From Hylemonella sp. (lineage in GTDB: Bacteria > Pseudomonadota > Gammaproteobacteria > Burkholderiales > Burkholderiaceae_C): DNA of 64,000 nt. Under the pieces are notes generated by a model. That model had not been told where the DNA came from and ran no database searches. It was given only the letters and a program-made list of their open reading frames with translations. Position numbers and translations under genes: made by a program. The DNA is taken from the NCBI GenBank assembly GCA_030695415.1, contig JAUYQZ010000014.1, positions 19,965 through 83,964 of the forward strand, given 5' to 3'. Shown piece after piece: positions 59,365 to 64,000 of the stretch. The first letter of the stretch is position 1; every line of letters begins with the position of its first letter.

Positions 59365-61065
59365 ATGGCGCTGTACGACGACGATCTTTCCAACACCCGG
59401 GCGCTGGTCGTCGACGGGAACCCGACATCGCGCGCCATCCTGGTCAACCAGTTGCGCGAGTTCGGCGTCAGCGCGGTGGAACAGGCCACCCGCTCCGGCG
59501 ATGCGCGCAAGGTGCTGGAGCTCAAGCGCTTCGACATCGTGCTGTGCGAGCAGTACTTCCAGCCTGGCACCCCCACCGGCCAGGACCTGCTGGACGATCT
59601 GCGGCGCAACCAGCTGCTGCCCTTTGCCACGGTCTTCATCATGGTCACCGGCGAGGCCACCTATGCCAAGGTGGCCGAGGCCGCCGAATCGGCGCTGGAC
59701 GGCTACCTGATCAAGCCACACACTGCCACGCGCCTGGCCGAGCGCCTGTACCAGGCACGCCAGCGCAAGAGTGCGCTGGCCGAGATCTTTGCCGCCATCG
59801 AGGCCGACGACTTCGAAAAGGGCGCGCGACTGTGCCTGCAGAGCTTCGAAGCCCGTGGACCCTACTGGCTCTATGCCGCACGCATCGGCGCCGAATTGCT
59901 GATGCGCATCGAGAACTATGCCCAGGCCCAGAAGCTGTACGAAGCGGTGATTGCCGCCAAGACCATGCCCTGGGCCAAGCTGGGTGTGGCACGCGCGCTG
60001 CTGGACAACGGCGAGCCCACCCGCGCCGTCAGCACGCTGGAGAACCTGATCAGCGAAGACCCGCGCTACGCGGACGCCTATGACGTGCTGGGCCGCGCCC
60101 AGTTCGAGCTGGGCAACCACGAACAGACCCTGGCCGCCTACCGCATGGCCTGTGCGGTCACGCCCTTCTCCATCTCGAGACTGCAGAACCTGGGCCTGAT
60201 GATGTACTACAGCGGCGACCGCGTGGAGGCCGAGAAGATCCTGGGCCAGTGCGCGCGCCTGGGCCTGGACTCCAAGATGTTCGACTGCCAGACCCTGGTG
60301 CTGCTGGCCTTTGCGCGGCTGGAGTGCGGCGACCGCAAGGGCCTGCAACACTGCCGCGACGACTTCGTCAAGCTCATCGATCGCGACGAGAAGAACCTGC
60401 GCCTGCAGCGCCAGGCGGCCATCGTCGATGCGCTCATCCTCATCATGGACCGTCAGTTCGCGCGCGCCGTCGATGCCGTGCGCGAACTGGCTGCCAAGGT
60501 CAAGGACCCGGCCTTCGATTTCGAATCCGCCACCAACCTGCTGACCCTGATGGCCCAGCTGGCCAACAAGGCCATCCAGCTCGATGATGTGGAGCCCGCG
60601 GTCGATGCCCTGGGCCTGCGCTTCTCCACCGGCCGCTCCATGAGCGAGCTGCTGGCCGGCGCTGCGGGCGTTCACCCGGCCTATGCCGAGCGTCTGCGCA
60701 CGGCCAGCGCGCACGCGCTCAAGCTGGCCGAGGCCGCCATGGCCCTGAGCCTGGGCGGCGACCCGGCCGGCGCCGTGCGCAACCTGCTGGTCCACGGCAA
60801 CACGACGCTCAACGCCAAGCTGATCGAAACCGCCCACCTGGTGCTGAAGAGGTACGCGGACAAGATACCCGAAGCCGTGGAGTTCGAGACGGCGGTGGCG
60901 GCGTGGCGCAGCCGCTATGGCAGCCCCAGCCTGCGCGCGGCGCTGAGCGAACAGGCCCGCCCGGCCGGGGCCTTGAGCCTGCGCACCGGGCTCAAGGCCG
61001 ATGGTTCGCCAGCCGCCCTGTTTGCCGCCGCGGCAAGCGGCCCCCAGGAGGACACCCCGGGCTGA
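59365..61065 (+). CDS. Response regulator receiver plus TPR domain protein
   Basis: N-terminal REC (LVVDG, FIMVTGE, YLIKP) followed by helical TPR-like repeats. Confidence 0.82.
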   Translation: MALYDDDLSNTRALVVDGNPTSRAILVNQLREFGVSAVEQATRSGDARKVLELKRFDIVLCEQYFQPGTPTGQDLLDDLRRNQLLPFATVFIMVTGEATYAKVAEAAESALDGYLIKPHTATRLAERLYQARQRKSALAEIFAAIEADDFEKGARLCLQSFEARGPYWLYAARIGAELLMRIENYAQAQKLYEAVIAAKTMPWAKLGVARALLDNGEPTRAVSTLENLISEDPRYADAYDVLGRAQFELGNHEQTLAAYRMACAVTPFSISRLQNLGLMMYYSGDRVEAEKILGQCARLGLDSKMFDCQTLVLLAFARLECGDRKGLQHCRDDFVKLIDRDEKNLRLQRQAAIVDALILIMDRQFARAVDAVRELAAKVKDPAFDFESATNLLTLMAQLANKAIQLDDVEPAVDALGLRFSTGRSMSELLAGAAGVHPAYAERLRTASAHALKLAEAAMALSLGGDPAGAVRNLLVHGNTTLNAKLIETAHLVLKRYADKIPEAVEFETAVAAWRSRYGSPSLRAALSEQARPAGALSLRTGLKADGSPAALFAAAASGPQEDTPG

Positions 61066-61096
61066 CCACCCACCCAGACGCTAGAATCCCTGCATC

Positions 61097-61184
61097 GGAA
61101 GCGTGGCAGAGTGGTCGATTGCACCGGTCTTGAAAACCGGCAACGGGCAACCGTTCGTGAGTTCGAATCTCACCGCTTCCGCCA
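61097..61184 (+). tRNA. tRNA-Ser (anticodon TGA)
   Basis: GGAAGCG/CGCTTCC acceptor stem, CCGGT-CTTGAAA-ACCGG anticodon arm, long variable arm, GTTCGAAT T-loop, encoded CCA. Confidence 0.97.
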
Positions 61185-61192
61185 GACCCTTT

Positions 61193-61852
61193 TCAACTCC
61201 ACAAATCCAGCGGCGGATCGTGCACCACGGCGCGCAAAATGTCGCTGCGTGAGATGAAGCCAATGACCTGCCCCTGCTCGGCGACCACCGGCAGGCCCGG
61301 CAAGTGGGTGTCGAGCAGCACACGGGCCACGCGCCGCAGGTCGATGTCCTCGGAGACCGCGGGCACCGGGCTGAGCATGACCGCCGAGACCGGCTGCATC
61401 AGCAGGGCACGCCAGACCAGGCTGGGCGCATCGGGCTGGGGCAATCGCTCCAGGTTCAGCAGTTCGGCGCGGGTCAGCAGACCAACCAGCTCGCCCTGCG
61501 TATTGATGACAGGCGCCTGGCCCAAGCCAGCCGTGCCCAGCGCCTGCCAGGCCTGCAGCACGGTGAGGTCCTGCGTCACCGTGGTGGCGCCGCGGCTCAT
61601 GACATCGGCCACCCGGGTCAGCGGGTGTCTTGTCGGCGGGCCGCCACTGGCCTGCGCATAGGCTGTCAGGGCCGCTCCCGCCAGCGTGCGGGGCGGCGCT
61701 GCATCGCGGGACGCCACGGGACTGACCGAATCGGTCTGATGCTGGGCTTCCAGGCGGCGCGTGCGCGTGATCGCGCGCAGGGCTTCGATACGCCACAGGT
61801 CTTCCATGGCGCCCTTGAAGATGCGCCCGCTTTCGCCGTAGATCGAGAACAT
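61193..61852 (-). CDS. CBS domain-containing protein
   Basis: VADVMSR, APVI..GELVGLL, LPVV and GFISRSDIL motifs; AGGAGG RBS. Confidence 0.85.
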   Translation of the reverse strand: MFSIYGESGRIFKGAMEDLWRIEALRAITRTRRLEAQHQTDSVSPVASRDAAPPRTLAGAALTAYAQASGGPPTRHPLTRVADVMSRGATTVTQDLTVLQAWQALGTAGLGQAPVINTQGELVGLLTRAELLNLERLPQPDAPSLVWRALLMQPVSAVMLSPVPAVSEDIDLRRVARVLLDTHLPGLPVVAEQGQVIGFISRSDILRAVVHDPPLDLWS

Positions 61853-61893
61853 GCCGGTCCTCCTGTACTTGCCTGCACGGACTATAGCCGGCG

Positions 61894-63087
61894 TCAGGCG
61901 GGCTCGGGCAGGAACAGGGCCTGCAGATCGCTCAGGAAATCGAAGCCGCGTGCCGTGGGCATGACGCGCTGCAGGTCGCGCGTGATCCAGCCCTTGCGCT
62001 CGGCCTCTTCCAGCGCGGGGGCGATGGCGGTGATGGCCAGCCCGGTGCGCTCGCTGAATTCGCCCAGCCGAAAACCCTGGCGCAGGCGCAGCGCGTTGAG
62101 CATGAACTCAAAGGGCAGGTCGTTGCGCTTGACCTCTTCCTCCTGCGCAACGGCATTACCCGCCAGCGCGCGCTCCATGTACAGGCGCGGTTCGCGCGTG
62201 CGCACCTGGCGCACGATGCGGTGCGCGAAACTGAGCTTGCCGTGCGCGCCGGCGCCGATGCCCAGGTAGTCGCCGTACTGCCAGTAGTTGAGGTTGTGCC
62301 GGCAGTGGTGACCGGCACGCGCATAGGCCGAGACCTCGTAGCGCTGCAGTCCCGCCAGGCCAGTCCGCTCGGTGATCAGGTCCAGCATCGCGTAGGCGGT
62401 GTCGTCCTCGGGGATCTGAGGCGGGTGCTTGGCGAAGTAGGTATTGGGCTCGATGGTCAGGTGGTAGATCGAGAGGTGGGGCGGCGCAAAGGCCAGCGCC
62501 TGGTCGACCTCCTGGCGCAGACCCTCCAGGGTCTGGCCAGGCAGCGCGTACATCAGGTCCAGGTTCCAGGTGTCAAAGCTGCGCGCGGCCTCTTCCAGCG
62601 CGGCGATGGCCTGGGCGCTGTCATGCACGCGACCGATGCGCTGCAGATGCTCGTCCTTGAAGCTCTGTACACCCACCGACAGGCGCGTCACACCCGCATC
62701 GCGGAAGGCGCGAAAGCGCTCCTTCTCGAAGGTGCCTGGGTTGGCCTCCAGGGTGATCTCGCAGTCGGCTGAGAGCTTGAGCCGCGCTCGGATGTCGGAC
62801 AGCAGGCGGGCGATGGACTCGGGTGCGAACAGGCTGGGCGTACCGCCGCCAAGGAAGACGCTGTGTACGCTGCGGCCCCAGATCAGCGGCAGCGCGCTAT
62901 CGAGATCGGCCACCAAGGCGTCGAGGTAGCGCTGCTCGGGCATCTCCCCCGCCCTCATCTCGTGCGAGTTGAAATCGCAGTAGGGGCACTTCTTCAGACA
63001 CCAGGGCAGGTGCACATAGAGCGACAGCGGCGGCAGGCTGGCCAATTGCAGCGTGCCGGGGCGCAGGTAGTGCTGGATGTCGCGCAT
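61894..63087 (-). CDS. hemW: Radical SAM heme chaperone HemW
   Basis: YVHLPWC..KCPYCDFNS, GGGTPS, EANP, YEVSAY and HNLNYW motifs; downstream of rdgB. Confidence 0.93.
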   Translation of the reverse strand: MRDIQHYLRPGTLQLASLPPLSLYVHLPWCLKKCPYCDFNSHEMRAGEMPEQRYLDALVADLDSALPLIWGRSVHSVFLGGGTPSLFAPESIARLLSDIRARLKLSADCEITLEANPGTFEKERFRAFRDAGVTRLSVGVQSFKDEHLQRIGRVHDSAQAIAALEEAARSFDTWNLDLMYALPGQTLEGLRQEVDQALAFAPPHLSIYHLTIEPNTYFAKHPPQIPEDDTAYAMLDLITERTGLAGLQRYEVSAYARAGHHCRHNLNYWQYGDYLGIGAGAHGKLSFAHRIVRQVRTREPRLYMERALAGNAVAQEEEVKRNDLPFEFMLNALRLRQGFRLGEFSERTGLAITAIAPALEEAERKGWITRDLQRVMPTARGFDFLSDLQALFLPEPA

Positions 63088-63097
63088 CAGGGCAGGC

Positions 63098-63700
63098 TCA
63101 AAGCCATCTTTCCCGGATCAACTCGACCATGGCCTTGGCGGCCCGGCCGCGGTGGCTGTGGGCATTCTTCACCTCGATCGGCAACTGCGCGAAGGTTTGC
63201 CCGAATTCGGGGATGAACATGACCGGGTCAAAACCGAAACCGTTCGTACCCAGGCGCTCACGGGCGACCTCGCCGCTCACACGACCCACCGCCACCAGGG
63301 GCTCGGGGTCGTCGGCCGAACGCAGGGCCACCAGGGTGCTGACCATGGCCGCGCGCCGGTTCTCCACACCCTTCATCTGCTCCAGCAGGGCCGTGACGTT
63401 GTTGTCGTCACCCTTGGCATAGCCAAACTGCGTGGCGTAAAAAGCTGTGTCCACTCCGGGCAGGCCGCCAAAGGCGTCCACGCACAGGCCGGCATCATCG
63501 GCCAATGCGGGCAGGCCGCTGAGTTTCGCGGCGTGACGCGCCTTGGCCAGTGCGTTTTCCAGGAAGGTGCGGAACGGCTCCTCGGCCTCGGGGATGCTCA
63601 GCTCGCCCTGGCGCACCAGTTCCAGTCCCAGGGGCGCCAGCATCTCCTGCAGCTCGCGCAGCTTGCCGGCGTTGTTGGAGGCGAGGACGATTTTTTTCAT
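63098..63700 (-). CDS. rdgB: Non-canonical purine NTP pyrophosphatase
   Basis: [32 protein letters not shown] and SHRGRA motifs. Confidence 0.94.
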   Translation of the reverse strand: MKKIVLASNNAGKLRELQEMLAPLGLELVRQGELSIPEAEEPFRTFLENALAKARHAAKLSGLPALADDAGLCVDAFGGLPGVDTAFYATQFGYAKGDDNNVTALLEQMKGVENRRAAMVSTLVALRSADDPEPLVAVGRVSGEVARERLGTNGFGFDPVMFIPEFGQTFAQLPIEVKNAHSHRGRAAKAMVELIRERWL

Positions 63701-64000
63701 CGGGACTTCAGCGCCTCGTCCTGCAGACGGACCAGCTCCTTGACGCCCTTCTCGGCCAGCGTCAGCAGGCGGTCCATCTCCTGCCGGCTGAAGGCGGCGC
63801 CCTCGGCGGTGCCCTGCACCTCGATGTAATGGCCGGCCCCTGTCATCACCACGTTCATGTCGGTGTCGCAGGCCGCGTCTTCGGTGTACTCCAGGTCCAG
63901 CAGCGGCGTGCCCTGCACGATGCCGACCGAGATGGCGGCCACGTGGCCGCTGATGGGCGAGGCAGCGAGCTTGCCGGCGGCCAGCAGGGTGTTGACGGCG
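63697..64000 (-). CDS. rph: Ribonuclease PH (3' part; 5' end outside the window)
   Basis: [28 protein letters not shown]...IEVQGTAEG motif; rph-rdgB-hemW synteny. Confidence 0.93.
   Translation of the reverse strand, partial: AVNTLLAAGKLAASPISGHVAAISVGIVQGTPLLDLEYTEDAACDTDMNVVMTGAGHYIEVQGTAEGAAFSRQEMDRLLTLAEKGVKELVRLQDEALKSR

Noticed and set aside
61097-61200. tRNA-Ser as an integration site
   Set aside because: No integrase and no duplicated tRNA 3' end in the window; the CBS gene ends 8 nt downstream.

Overview
GC-rich betaproteobacterial chromosome segment whose gene content and codon style suggest Comamonadaceae/Burkholderiales. It is mostly housekeeping and metabolic genes. In order: a partial membrane sensor with two orphan solute-binding proteins; chaC, sodC, mocA-like and xdhC-like genes, pdxH and a Pat acetyltransferase; a metal-uptake cluster (msrA, ABC ATPase/permease, DUF3299, uORF, TonB receptor); TetR-RND-pcm-tolC; waaA/waaC/algC; lemA; ahpCF; chrA; a diguanylate cyclase; apaH, rhlE and dcd; a LysR-iorAB-TRAP-thioesterase aromatic cluster; glyoxylate assimilation (gcl-hyi-glxR plus glycerate kinase); tRNA-Ser(TGA); hemW-rdgB-rph. 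No CRISPR array, integrase or transposase was seen. Two signals stand out. (1) A His-rich, exported-looking uORF ends in the ribosome-arrest motif RAPP, and its last codons base-pair with the RBS of a ZnuD-like TonB receptor. This is a candidate zinc-type, CruR-like translational metal switch. (2) A ~0.5 kb REP-doublet palindrome sits between iorA and iorB, flanked by mirror-image, strand-coordinated loss of cytosine at synonymous sites. There is also a 272-bp MITE whose terminal repeat supplies a gene's stop codon, and an unannotated 53-aa basic protein. All calls come from reading motifs by eye; no database searches were run.
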